A DNA stretch of 64,000 nucleotides, from assembly GCA_044222475.1 (NCBI GenBank), contig JBGANF010000003.1, forward strand, positions 1-64,000, given 5' to 3'. Of the stretch, positions 52,136-61,708 are shown in pieces. The position numbers and the translations under genes are program-made. Position 1 is the first letter of the stretch. The number at the start of each line of letters is the position of its first letter. Origin of the DNA: Polyangiaceae bacterium. GTDB lineage: Bacteria > Myxococcota_A > Polyangia > Polyangiales > Polyangiaceae. The notes under the pieces were generated by a model. The model searched no databases. It saw nothing but the letters and a program-made list of their open reading frames with translations, and was not told the DNA's origin.

Positions 52136-52594
52136 ATGACCCTTCGCCGGCCCGCCCTCGACCCATCGACCCTCCCCGCCCGCAATGCATCGGGGTACCC
52201 CGAGCCGTTCCGATCGCGCGTTCTGCCGCGCGAGAAGCGCGCGCTCGGAGACGCCCTCGGTCTGACGAAGATCGGGGTCAATCTCACGACACTGCTACCC
52301 GGCAAACAGTCGTCGGTGCGCCACTCGCACACGCTCGAAGACGAGATGGTGTTCATCCTCGAGGGGGAGGTGGTTCTCCGAACCGACGCCGGCGAGCAAG
52401 TCCTCGGCGCCGGCATGTGCGCGGCCTTTCCGGCCGGCGACACCGATGCGCACCACCTCGTCAACCGGAGCGACCGCCCGGCGCGCTACCTCGAGATCAG
52501 CAACCGCGACGCCGCGGACATTGCCATCTATCCAGACGACGATCTGAAGCTCATCCGAAACGCGGACGGGAGCTTCGAGTTCGGCCCGAAGTGA
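52136..52594 (+). CDS. Cupin domain protein
   Basis: LGDALGLTKIGVN, SSVRHSH..EDE and AHHLVNRS motifs. Confidence 0.9.
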   Translation: MTLRRPALDPSTLPARNASGYPEPFRSRVLPREKRALGDALGLTKIGVNLTTLLPGKQSSVRHSHTLEDEMVFILEGEVVLRTDAGEQVLGAGMCAAFPAGDTDAHHLVNRSDRPARYLEISNRDAADIAIYPDDDLKLIRNADGSFEFGPK

Positions 52595-52885
52595 CTACCG
52601 GCACGTCGAGGGACCCCACGACTGGCACGTCCCGGTCATGCACGCGAGCAGCGCTCGTGCAGTGGTTAGTCGTCGAACAAACTGCACCGCGCTTCTCTGT
52701 ATCGATCGTGGGTACGTTCTGCGCCGACGGGACGCACCGTACGAGCGGCATGTGCAGGCCACCCGCGGTCTCGTCTGCCGGCTAGCGACGTGCTGCGGAC
52801 GGGCGGAGGTGGCGCGCAAGTGGCGCTGGAGTGGCGCCGCCACCCGCTCGCGCTCGTAAGGCCTCGAATTCGTTGGCGTCGGTTT

Positions 52886-52901
52886 TGGCACCGATCGTGC
52901 G
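52886..52901 (+). promoter_or_regulatory. Putative sigma54 -24/-12 promoter
   Basis: TGGCACCGATCGTGCG; the -12 C lies 13 nt before the ATG at 52913. Confidence 0.6.
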
Positions 52902-52912
52902 AAGCGGATCGC

Positions 52913-53452
52913 ATGGACCGAACACTCTTCTGCGCCAAGCGCGTTCACTTCTCGTACAGCACGCACGCCAATCGACACGTTCGGCGTTGGAACCTCACCG
53001 CCGGACGAATCGATCTCTTCGTGTGCCATCGGGCCGTCATGCGGGAGCACTTCGCCGTTTACCAGTCCGATCTGCGCGCCCGCCTCGGTGTCACTCGCGC
53101 CACCATCAGCATCATGCTGAAACGCATGGAGCGCCTGGGGTTCGTGGAACGACGTCGCAGCGATGGTGACCGAAGACAGGTCGTCGTGACCATCACTCCG
53201 GCCGGCTACGCCGCATTCGAGCATGCTCGCCGCCTGGTCGACGACGACGTCTACCGACGCATCGTCGACGACAAGCTCGTCCTGTTGGATTCCGACGGAC
53301 TGCGGCAGAAGCGCGCCCGGTACCTCGTCTACTTGGACGGCATCCGCGGAAGGTTCGGTGACATGGCGCACCCGCCCTACCCGGCTGACCCGTATCCAAT
53401 GGACGAACGTGAGGCGGCCGTGCTCGCACTACTTCAGAAGTACTGCGCCTGA
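52913..53452 (+). CDS. MarR family winged-helix regulator
   Basis: QSDLRARLGVTRATISIMLKRMERLGFVER...DRRQVVVTITPAG. Confidence 0.85.
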   Translation: MDRTLFCAKRVHFSYSTHANRHVRRWNLTAGRIDLFVCHRAVMREHFAVYQSDLRARLGVTRATISIMLKRMERLGFVERRRSDGDRRQVVVTITPAGYAAFEHARRLVDDDVYRRIVDDKLVLLDSDGLRQKRARYLVYLDGIRGRFGDMAHPPYPADPYPMDEREAAVLALLQKYCA

Positions 53453-53764
53453 CGCACCGGCGGTAGTGAGACCTTCGGCGAGGAGCGCAAGCTCCTCGGC
53501 GGCATCGTCGACCAGTCCCAGCGCCGCGTAGTCGTCCGCCAGCGAGCGTCGGACCGCGTGAAGCGCCGGATCGAGGCGAAGAACCTGACGTCGGATACCA
53601 CACCGCTTCAAGACCGTCGGGCGCCCAGAGCGGCACTCGAGGGGGCCCGCGTCGGGAAGGGCGCAATAGAGTAGGTACTGCGCGATCGCTCCCCCCGTGT
53701 CTCCTTGCTCGAGGAGCGCGTCGCCTCGACGCAGGAGCTCGCGGGCTTCGACCGGCTCGAGCAT
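53429..53764 (-). CDS. Small TPR-like hypothetical protein
   Basis: Follows the ABC genes by 7 nt; helical TPR-like pattern. Confidence 0.5.
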   Translation of the reverse strand: MLEPVEARELLRRGDALLEQGDTGGAIAQYLLYCALPDAGPLECRSGRPTVLKRCGIRRQVLRLDPALHAVRRSLADDYAALGLVDDAAEELALLAEGLTTAGASGAVLLK

Positions 53765-53771
53765 CGCGACC

Positions 53772-55622
53772 TCAGACTGCCAGCTCCCGAGCCAGCTGCA
53801 AGCGATAGAGCTTCGCGTACACGCCGTCCTTCGCCAGCAGCTCGTCGTGGGTCCCCTGCTCCATCAGGCGACCCTTGTGCAGTACGACGATCCGGTCGAC
53901 CGCCTTGATCGTCGACAAACGGTGCGCGATGACCACCGCGGTCCGACCCTCCATGACCGCTTCGAGCGCCACTTGGAGCCGTGCCTCCGTCGCCGAGTCG
54001 ACGCTCGCGGTCGCCTCGTCGAGCAGCAGCAGCGGCGCGTCGCGGTAGAGCGCCCTCGCGAACGCTATGAGTTGCCGCTCCCCGGCGCTGAAGTTCTGGC
54101 CCCGCTCGTCGACCGGCATGTCCAGGAAGTCTCCGCCGTCGCACCGGGCCTCGAAGAGCTCCCGCGCACCAACCCGCTCGAACGCGCGCACCGCACGGTC
54201 CCGGTCGGCTTTCTCGTCGCTCATCGCGACGTTCGAGAGCAGCGTCCCCGAGAACAGGAACACGTCCTGCGGGACGACCGCGAACTGCTCGCGGAGCTCG
54301 TTGCGCTTCCAGCGCCGCACGTCCTTGCCGAGCACACGGACGACGCCGTTCGTCACCTCGTAGAGCCGCAGCAGCAAGCTCCCGATCGTCGTCTTGCCCG
54401 AGCCCGTCGCGCCGACGAGCGCGATCTTCTCGCCGCGCTTCGCGGTGATCGTGACGTCGCGGAGGACCGGCGCCCCCGGCTTGTACTCGAAGAGCACCTG
54501 GTCGAGCGCGATCCCCTCGCCCTCGGGTCCGTCGGGCGCGCAATCCTTCGCAGCGACGTCGCTCTCGCGATCCGTCACGTCGAGGAGTTGGAAGATGCGC
54601 TCCGCCCCGGTCATGGCCGACTGCAGGATCGTGTACCGCTGCGACAGGATGCTGATCGGCTCGAAGAACTGCTTGATGTACCCGCTGAACGTCACCACGA
54701 GCGCGAACGTCTCCCCGCGAGAGTGCCGCTCGATGCCGACGTAGAACAGAACGCTCCCGATGCATATCGTGGCGACCATCTCGATCGCCGCATCGAGGAT
54801 CGCTTCGTAGTAGATCGAGCGCTTGTTGGCGTCGCGGTAGGCGTCGTTGATCTCGTCGAACTCGGCGGCCATCGCGTCTTCTCGGGCGTACGCCTGGACG
54901 ACCGCGATGCCGCTCACCTGCTCGTTGAGGAACGCGTTGAGGCGCGCGGTCTTCGTGCGGATGTCGCGAAATGCTTCACGCGAGCGCTTTCGCACTGCGT
55001 TCACGATCAGCGCCACGATCGGGAGCGCGGCGAACGCGATCAGCGACATGCGCCAGTCGAGGACCGTCATCGCGATGACGATCCCGACGAGCGTGAGCAG
55101 GTCGCCCGCCGCGTTGAGTACGCCGGCGGCGAAGAGCTCGCCGACCGCGTCGACGTCGTTCGTCACGCGCGTGACCAGGCGCCCGACCGGCGTCTTGTCG
55201 AAGAAGCGCAGCGAGAGCTTCTGCAGGAACACGAAGACGTGCGTGCGCAGATCGGCCATCGCGCGCGCGCCGGCGACCTGCATCGCGTAGACCTGACCGA
55301 ACGTCACGGCCTGCATCACCAGCACGAGCCCGGTGAGGATCAACCCGTCACGCCACAAGAGCGGGAGGTCCCGCGCGTCGGCCTGGCGAACGACGTCGCC
55401 CATCAACAGCGGCCTGGCGAGGTTCACCGCCGCGAGCACGACGAGGGCGAGGAGCGAGAGCCAGACGAACCGCGCGTGGGGCCGCACGAACGGCCACAGC
55501 CGCTTCGCCAGCCGTACGTCGTAGACGTTCCCGACGGCGTCCTCTTCGTGGAAGGCGCGCAGCTTGACCTCGCTGGCCGCGCGCGCCTTCGTGGCGCCGC
55601 TCTCGGGTGCGCGAGCGGTCAT
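53772..55622 (-). CDS. ABC exporter TMD+NBD subunit (MdlB/YheH-like)
   Basis: GRLVTRVTNDV, GATGSGKTT, FSAGE, LLLDEAT and AHR motifs. Confidence 0.92.
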   Translation of the reverse strand: MTARAPESGATKARAASEVKLRAFHEEDAVGNVYDVRLAKRLWPFVRPHARFVWLSLLALVVLAAVNLARPLLMGDVVRQADARDLPLLWRDGLILTGLVLVMQAVTFGQVYAMQVAGARAMADLRTHVFVFLQKLSLRFFDKTPVGRLVTRVTNDVDAVGELFAAGVLNAAGDLLTLVGIVIAMTVLDWRMSLIAFAALPIVALIVNAVRKRSREAFRDIRTKTARLNAFLNEQVSGIAVVQAYAREDAMAAEFDEINDAYRDANKRSIYYEAILDAAIEMVATICIGSVLFYVGIERHSRGETFALVVTFSGYIKQFFEPISILSQRYTILQSAMTGAERIFQLLDVTDRESDVAAKDCAPDGPEGEGIALDQVLFEYKPGAPVLRDVTITAKRGEKIALVGATGSGKTTIGSLLLRLYEVTNGVVRVLGKDVRRWKRNELREQFAVVPQDVFLFSGTLLSNVAMSDEKADRDRAVRAFERVGARELFEARCDGGDFLDMPVDERGQNFSAGERQLIAFARALYRDAPLLLLDEATASVDSATEARLQVALEAVMEGRTAVVIAHRLSTIKAVDRIVVLHKGRLMEQGTHDELLAKDGVYAKLYRLQLARELAV

Positions 55623-57409
55623 CGTCCCGACTCCGCGATGCCGTCGAACGCCTCGAGCTCGCTCATCGCGCGCTGCTCGTCGGCGAAGTCCTTGTAGATG
55701 CCCGGGCGCGCGACGAGCTCGTCGTGCGTCCCGCGGTCGACGATCTTCCCGCGATCGAGCACCACGATCGCGTCGCACTTCGACGCCGCTGCCACCCGAT
55801 GCGTCACGAGGAGCACCGTGCGCTTCTTCGCCTGCCGCTCGATCGCCTCGAGAATCGCCGCCTCGGTCTTGGCGTCGACCGCGCTGAGCGGGTCGTCGAG
55901 CAACAGGATGCGTGGCTCCCAGATCAGGGCGCGCGCGAGCGCGATGCGCTGCCGCTGGCCGCCCGAGAGCTGGACGCCGCGCTCGCCCACGACCGTGTCG
56001 AAGCCCTCGGGTAGGCTCATCGCCTCTTCCAGCACCTGAGCCTCGCGCGCCGCGCCCCGCACGCGCTCGATCGCCTCGGGCGAGTCGGGGTCGTCGAGCG
56101 CGAAGGCCACGTTGCGCGAGACGGTGGTCGAGAACAGGAACGCGTCCTGCTGCGCGTATCCCAAGATGGTACGAAGGTCCCCGAGATCGAGGTCGCACAC
56201 GTCGACGCCGTCGAGAAACACCTCGCCGCGCGGCGTGGGGAGCAAGCGCGCCAACAGGAGCGCGAGGGTCGACTTCCCCGCACCGGTCTTGCCGACGATC
56301 GCGAGCGATCTCCCGGGCGCCACCTCGAAATCGACGCCATCGAGGACCTTGCGGTCGCCGTACGCGAACGAGAGCCCGGCGACTCGCAGCCCGCCGCGTC
56401 CCTCCGGCGCGTGCTCGGTGCCCGACTCGATCTCGGGCTTGGTCTCGAAGATCTCCTGCAGCCGGATGAAGCACGCCCGCCCGCGCTGCAGGATCGACAG
56501 CGAGAACCCGAGCGCGATGATTGGCCAGGTCATGCGCGCGAGCGCGAGCTGAAACGCGAAGAACCCGCCTTTCGTGATCCCGCCGTCGGACACCGGCACG
56601 AGGAGCAGGTTCGCCCCGTAGATGAAGAACACGAGCACGCTCACCGCGCTCGCCGCGCCGAGCATCGGGATCATCGAGCCGCGCAGCCTCGCGAGGCTGA
56701 GACTCGCCTCGAGGTACTCGTCGTTCGACTTGCGGAACCGCTCGAGCTCCCGCTCCTCGAGGGCGAAGCTCCGGACGACGCGCACGCCGGCGAGGTTCGC
56801 CTGAGCGAGCGACGACAGCCTCCCGAGCGCGTCCTGGTTCACGCGCGTGCGGGTGAACATCTGCTTGGAGAAGCTCCGCGTGACGAGCACGAGGATCGGC
56901 AGCATCACGAACGACGCGAGCGTCAGCCGCCACGAGATCGACAGCATGATCTGCAGCGCGCTCGTGAACGCGAAGAGCACGTTGACGACGTTGAGGACGC
57001 CGAACCCGTAGAGCAGCCGCACCTGACCGAGATCGTTCGTGGCCCTGCTCATGATCTCGCCGGCGGGCATCTTCCGGTAGAACGCACTGCCGAGCTGGTG
57101 CAGCCGATGCAACAGCAGCGCGCGCATCTCGTACTCGACGTCGCGGCCGGCGTTGAAGATGAAGTACCGGGACGCGACGCGGGTCACGAACGCCACCACC
57201 GCCAGCCCGAGGATGATCGATGCCGGCCGCCACGCGTTCTCCGGCGTGGCGCCGAAGATCGTATCGATCGCCGCTTTCGTGAGCCAGTCGATGCGGTTCA
57301 TGGACAGCTGGAAGCCGGCCAGGACGACGGTACCAAGGAGGTACGCCGGGAGGTGGCGCCGGAACTGACCCCACATGGTGCCGGGAATGTGCGCGGGATC
57401 GATGCTCAA
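55619..57409 (-). CDS. ABC exporter TMD+NBD subunit (MdlA/YheI-like)
   Basis: GEIMSRATND, GKTGAGKS, LSGGQ, LLLDD (degenerate Walker B) and THR motifs; TTG start overlaps the upstream stop. Confidence 0.92.
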   Translation of the reverse strand: MSIDPAHIPGTMWGQFRRHLPAYLLGTVVLAGFQLSMNRIDWLTKAAIDTIFGATPENAWRPASIILGLAVVAFVTRVASRYFIFNAGRDVEYEMRALLLHRLHQLGSAFYRKMPAGEIMSRATNDLGQVRLLYGFGVLNVVNVLFAFTSALQIMLSISWRLTLASFVMLPILVLVTRSFSKQMFTRTRVNQDALGRLSSLAQANLAGVRVVRSFALEERELERFRKSNDEYLEASLSLARLRGSMIPMLGAASAVSVLVFFIYGANLLLVPVSDGGITKGGFFAFQLALARMTWPIIALGFSLSILQRGRACFIRLQEIFETKPEIESGTEHAPEGRGGLRVAGLSFAYGDRKVLDGVDFEVAPGRSLAIVGKTGAGKSTLALLLARLLPTPRGEVFLDGVDVCDLDLGDLRTILGYAQQDAFLFSTTVSRNVAFALDDPDSPEAIERVRGAAREAQVLEEAMSLPEGFDTVVGERGVQLSGGQRQRIALARALIWEPRILLLDDPLSAVDAKTEAAILEAIERQAKKRTVLLVTHRVAAASKCDAIVVLDRGKIVDRGTHDELVARPGIYKDFADEQRAMSELEAFDGIAESGR

Positions 57410-58299
57410 GGCTTGAGCCTTCGATGCGACGAGCCGAGTCGCAGTCGCGGCTGAAGCGCAGGCCGGAGGTCCGCGAGATCGATGTGGACGGCGAGCAGGC
57501 CGAAGAGCACGCGCGCGCCGCCTCGGCCGTCGAGCTCCTGGATGAGCCCTTCGCGCCCGGCGAACGGGCCGTCGATCGGACAGACTCGCGCGCCGCGCTC
57601 GAGCGCGCGCGCCGACACCTTGCGCTGCGCGCGGCCGTCGCCCGCGCCGCCGGTCGCGCCGAGCGCGCGGAGGAGCTCGCCGACCGCGACCGCGGCGTCG
57701 GCGAACGACGCTCCGAGCGACGATGCAAAGAGCAACGCCACGTCGCGGGGAACGCGGAAGCTGACCGCGATGGGGCGCCCCTCGGCGCGAGCTCGGCGCG
57801 CGAGGTGACGGAGCTCGGTGACCGAGCGCACGGGGACGCGGGTCCACGGATCGTCGAGCCCGAGCTCGAGCTGCTCGGGGAGCGCGGCGAACGCGGCGGC
57901 GACGCGAGACGCGCGAGCCGGCGTCGGGACTGCGTCGTCGATCGCGTCGAGCTCGGGCGCGCCTTCGAGGCGAAGTCCGAGGTGGATGGACTCCGCGTCG
58001 ACGCCGAGCTTGAGCACGCCGCCCTTGCGTCGGAACTGGAGGGAGACCTCTTGGCGCTCCACCTGATGGCCGTTCTTGCCGCTCGGCAGCGCGTCGCTCA
58101 CGCTGACGACGACCGGGATGCCGAGGTCGGCGAAGCGGGTCGCGACGGCGCGGGCCCAGCCGAGCAACCTCCGCTGGAGGTCCACGCGTGCGGCGGAGAA
58201 CAGCGTCGAGCGGGCTCGCTCGGGCGCATGGGCGTCGAAGTCCGCCCCGCGAGGTGCGAGCGCGGCCGCACCGCGAGCCGTCTTGGGCCCGGTCGTCAT
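57406..58299 (-). CDS. Hypothetical protein with a C-terminal NusG-like KOW domain
   Basis: LERGARV..IDGPFAGREGLIQELD...ARVLFG motif; GAAGGA upstream of the ATG. Confidence 0.7.
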   Translation of the reverse strand: MTTGPKTARGAAALAPRGADFDAHAPERARSTLFSAARVDLQRRLLGWARAVATRFADLGIPVVVSVSDALPSGKNGHQVERQEVSLQFRRKGGVLKLGVDAESIHLGLRLEGAPELDAIDDAVPTPARASRVAAAFAALPEQLELGLDDPWTRVPVRSVTELRHLARRARAEGRPIAVSFRVPRDVALLFASSLGASFADAAVAVGELLRALGATGGAGDGRAQRKVSARALERGARVCPIDGPFAGREGLIQELDGRGGARVLFGLLAVHIDLADLRPALQPRLRLGSSHRRLKP

Positions 58300-58405
58300 C
58301 GGCCATTCCTTCGCGTCTCGCGGCGAGAAAGTCAACCCGGTCGAGGGGTTAGGCTCTTCCGCGTCATTCGCAAAAAGTTTCGTGGTTTCCACTGGTTCAC
58401 CCATC

Positions 58406-58434
58406 TTGACACATCGCGTCATGAGCCCCAGGTT
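58406..58434 (+). promoter_or_regulatory. Putative sigma70-type promoter
   Basis: TTGACA-N17-CAGGTT upstream of the small ORF and the sigma factor gene. Confidence 0.45.
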
Positions 58435-58452
58435 TCGTGCGGAGGTGAACCG

Positions 58453-58602
58453 ATGGCCAATCGCATGACGGCAAACAATCCGACGGAGGCCAAGGCGACG
58501 CCGGACAGGAATGGCGCACCGATGGAGCTGGTTCCAGCCACGGTCCTCGGGCTCGCGCTCACCGCGCTTGCATGGATCTACGCATGCTGGGCGCTTCGCT
58601 GA
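58453..58602 (+). CDS. Small (49 aa) single-TM protein
   Basis: GGAGGTGA Shine-Dalgarno before ATG 58453; C-terminal hydrophobic helix. Confidence 0.55.
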   Translation: MANRMTANNPTEAKATPDRNGAPMELVPATVLGLALTALAWIYACWALR

Positions 58603-58649
58603 CGCCTGCCGTGACAAACCCCGGCCGTTCTATTACCAATCTCCCCACC

Positions 58650-59753
58650 GTGGCCCGCATCAAGAAGAAAGACGGCGAGCGCCGCTCGCCGGCCAAGGAG
58701 AAGGCGCCGGCCCCGGCCGCCGACGAGGAGACGACCGAGGCGTCGTCCGAGGGCGAGGGCGAGAGCGAAGGCGAAGGCGAGGCCCGCGAAGAGGGGGCCG
58801 ACACCGACGGCGACGCCGAGCCGGCGGACGAAGGCGCGGGCGAGGGCGAGAGCGACGTCGACGAGGCTCCGGTGTCGAGTCAGACGGCGAACACCCTCGC
58901 CAAGTTCGACATGATGGCGACGTACCTCCGTGAGGTGCAGCGCCACCCGCTCCTGACGCCCGAGCAGACGCACGAGCTCGCGGTGAAGTTCCTCCAGACG
59001 CAGGACCCGCGCATCGCAGCGCAGATGGTGACCGCGAACCTGCGGCTCGTCGTGAAGATCGCGTACGAGTACCGCCGCGCCTACAAGAACATCATGGACC
59101 TCGTGCAGGAGGGCAACATCGGCCTCATGCAAGCGGTCAAGCGCTACGACCCGTACCGCGGCGTGAAGCTCTCGTCGTACGCGGCGTGGTGGATCCGCGC
59201 GTACATCCTGCGCTTCATCCTCAACAACTGGCGTCTCGTGAAGCTCGGGACGACGCAAGCGCAGCGGAAGCTCTTCTTCAACCTGCGGAAGAAGCGCCAA
59301 GAGCTCCAGGCGATGGGCATCGATCCGACCCACGCCGAGATCGCGAAGCAGCTCAACGTGCCCGAGAACGACGTCGCCGAGATGGACGCGCGCCTCGCCG
59401 CGTCGGAGAAATCGCTCGACGCGCCGGTCGGCGACTCCGACGGCCGCTCGATCGCCAAGGTCGACATGATGCCGACCTCCACCGAGGGCCCCGAGTCGCT
59501 CATGGCCGACGGGGAGCTCCAGTCGCTCCTCAAGGACAAACTCGCCGATTTCCGGACGACGCTCGTCGGCAAGGACAAGGAGCTCGCCATCTTCGATCAC
59601 CGCTTGGTGGCGGAGGATCCGCTGACTCTCCAAGAGCTGGGTGACAAGTTCGGGATCTCGCGCGAGCGCGTGCGCCAGCTCGAGCAGCGGCTCACGAGCC
59701 GGCTCCGGGACTACCTCCGGTCCGAGATCGGCGACGCGGCCGAGCTGGTGTGA
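58650..59753 (+). CDS. RpoH (sigma32)-family sigma factor, as in myxobacterial SigB/C/E
   Basis: NLRLVVKIA, DLVQEGNIGL, YAAWWIR, RpoH box QRKLFFNLR, and SRERVRQLE; acidic N-terminal extension. Confidence 0.93.
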   Translation: MARIKKKDGERRSPAKEKAPAPAADEETTEASSEGEGESEGEGEAREEGADTDGDAEPADEGAGEGESDVDEAPVSSQTANTLAKFDMMATYLREVQRHPLLTPEQTHELAVKFLQTQDPRIAAQMVTANLRLVVKIAYEYRRAYKNIMDLVQEGNIGLMQAVKRYDPYRGVKLSSYAAWWIRAYILRFILNNWRLVKLGTTQAQRKLFFNLRKKRQELQAMGIDPTHAEIAKQLNVPENDVAEMDARLAASEKSLDAPVGDSDGRSIAKVDMMPTSTEGPESLMADGELQSLLKDKLADFRTTLVGKDKELAIFDHRLVAEDPLTLQELGDKFGISRERVRQLEQRLTSRLRDYLRSEIGDAAELV

Positions 59754-60586
59754 CGCTCTACCTGGTCGCCACGCCGATCGGGAACCTCGGCGACATGACA
59801 GCGCGCGCCATCGAAGCGCTGCGAACCTGCGATCTCGTCGCCGCCGAGGACACGCGGCGGACGCACAAGCTCCTGTCCCATTTTGGGATCGAGGGGAAGC
59901 GCATCGAGAGCCTCCACGCGCACTCGACCGAGAGCGACGTCGCCCGGATGGTCGACGCGCTCCGCGAAGGACGGTCGATCGCCCTCTGCACCGACGCCGG
60001 GACGCCCCAAGTGAGCGACCCCGGCGACGCCCTCGTGCGCGCGGCCATCGCGGCCGGGATCCAAGTCGTTCCCCTGCCCGGCCCGAGCGCGGTGCTGGCC
60101 GCGCTCTCCGGGAGCGGGCTCGGCACCGGCGGCGGCTTTCGCTTCGCCGGGTTCCTCCCTCGCGCCGGGACCGAGCGCGCGAGCGCGCTGCGCCGCGTCG
60201 CCGACGATCCCGAGCCGGTGATCCTCTTCGAGGCGAAGGGCCGGGTGGAGGACACCTTGCGCGACCTCGCCGCCGCGACGCCGACGCGCCCCGCGTGCGT
60301 CGCGCGCGAGCTCACCAAGGTGCACGAGGAGTTCGTGCGCGGGACCCTCGCCGAGCTGGCCGCCCTGGAGCGCGAGTGGATCGGCGAGATCGTCATCGTG
60401 CTCGGCGCTCACGATCCGGCCGCGCGGGAAGACGCCATCGACGACGCCGCGATCGACGCCCGCATCGACGAAGAGCTCGCCAAGGGCGCGCACGCCAAGA
60501 CCGTCGCCGAGCGGCTCGCCGCGTGGAGCGGCCGGAGCAAGCGCGACGTCTACGAGCGCGTCATTTCGCGGAAACGCGAAAGGTGA
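59750..60586 (+). CDS. rsmI: 16S rRNA (cytidine1402-2'-O)-methyltransferase
   Basis: LYLVATPIGNLGD, AEDTR, DAGTP.VSDPG and RELTKVHEE motifs. Confidence 0.96.
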   Translation: MTLYLVATPIGNLGDMTARAIEALRTCDLVAAEDTRRTHKLLSHFGIEGKRIESLHAHSTESDVARMVDALREGRSIALCTDAGTPQVSDPGDALVRAAIAAGIQVVPLPGPSAVLAALSGSGLGTGGGFRFAGFLPRAGTERASALRRVADDPEPVILFEAKGRVEDTLRDLAAATPTRPACVARELTKVHEEFVRGTLAELAALEREWIGEIVIVLGAHDPAAREDAIDDAAIDARIDEELAKGAHAKTVAERLAAWSGRSKRDVYERVISRKRER

Positions 60587-61220
60587 GCATGAACTGGTAC
60601 GGCAGCTCGAACGCCTTCGCCTGCGTGTAGCCGGCGGCGGTCATCTCGGCGCGCACCGCGTCGGCCGTGACGCGATGCTCGACCGGCGGCCCGATCGGCG
60701 CGTCGAGCTTGAAGTCGACGATCGCGACGAGCGCGCCGGGCTTCAGCGACGCGCGCAGGTTCGCGAAGTACTGCGGGCGGTCGTCCATGTGGTGATACGT
60801 GTCGACGACGAGCACGGCGTCGACCGGTTCGGGCGTCTTCGCGCCGCTCCCGGGGACGGTGACCGCGCGCACGTTCGTGAGGCCTTCCTTCTTGGCCCGC
60901 GCGTCCAGGTACGCCGTCATCTTGGGCTCGACGTCCTGGCCGTAGACGCGGCCGCGCTCGAGCGCGCGCGCGAGGCGGACGGTGAAGTAGCCCGTGCCCG
61001 ACCCGATGTCGACGACGACGGCGTCGGGCCCGAGCTCGAGGGCCTTGATCACCTCGTCCGGACGCTGCCACTCGTCGCGTCGAGGATCGTCGAAGTCCTT
61101 CGCGAAGCGCTCGACGTCTTCGAACGAGTGGGGATAGCCGGAGTCTTCGTGGTGAGCGCAGCCGAGGGTGGAGCTCATGCAGAGGGGGAGGAGGAGGAGG
61201 AGTCCGACGTGGGGCTTCAT
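60561..61220 (-). CDS. Class I SAM-dependent methyltransferase with a lipoprotein-like leader
   Basis: VVDIGSGTGYF, DTYHH and LKPGA motifs; N-terminal LLLLL...TLGC. Confidence 0.85.
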   Translation of the reverse strand: MKPHVGLLLLLPLCMSSTLGCAHHEDSGYPHSFEDVERFAKDFDDPRRDEWQRPDEVIKALELGPDAVVVDIGSGTGYFTVRLARALERGRVYGQDVEPKMTAYLDARAKKEGLTNVRAVTVPGSGAKTPEPVDAVLVVDTYHHMDDRPQYFANLRASLKPGALVAIVDFKLDAPIGPPVEHRVTADAVRAEMTAAGYTQAKAFELPYQFMLTFRVSAK

Positions 61221-61708
61221 CGAGCGTCGAGCGTTCGGCGGAGGAACTCTTCGAGCGGCCGGGCCTCCTTGCGAAAGCCGAGCCGCGGCGCGAGCACGCC
61301 GAACAGCGGAAAGAGACCGAAGAACACTATCGGAATCAGGTGCGGCCAGGTGAACTGATGCAGGACTCCGTCGCGGACGACGGCGGCGATCACCGCGACC
61401 CACAGCAGCGACGCGAGGCCGAGCCAACCCGTGACGATGACCCTCGTGAAGGAGTGCATCTGCATGTGCACGCTCACGTGGGAGCCCGAGCCGTTCGGCG
61501 CGACGCGGCCTTTCGCGCAAGGAACGAAGCCGTTCTTGTACGTGATGTTGGGCGTGAGCTCGAAGCTCGCGAGCAGGACCATGCCCCAGTACGGGCGATC
61601 GGGCTTGGCCAGGAGCGGGCGCGGGCCGACGTGCTCGGCGAGGCGATCATGAACGTCCGTCGGAGGGAGCTCGGTGACGATCTCGAACCTCCGCTCCGGG
61701 AGCATCAC
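61217..61708 (-). CDS. Hypothetical membrane protein (two TM helices)
   Basis: Overlaps both neighbours by 4 nt; two hydrophobic helices. Confidence 0.7.
   Translation of the reverse strand: MMLPERRFEIVTELPPTDVHDRLAEHVGPRPLLAKPDRPYWGMVLLASFELTPNITYKNGFVPCAKGRVAPNGSGSHVSVHMQMHSFTRVIVTGWLGLASLLWVAVIAAVVRDGVLHQFTWPHLIPIVFFGLFPLFGVLAPRLGFRKEARPLEEFLRRTLDAR

Noticed and set aside
52551..52751. Small minus-strand ORF (66 aa)
   Set aside because: No motif, atypical codons, and it overlaps the cupin gene end.
55619..56300. Degenerate Walker B (LLLDD) as a sign of a pseudogene
   Set aside because: One degenerate site is normal for heterodimeric ABC exporters; the partner has the matching FSAGE signature.
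55623..57728. Apparent 1318-aa ABC protein 53772..57728
   Set aside because: The upstream part is an off-frame overlap of the neighbouring ABC gene; two separate half-transporters explain the region.
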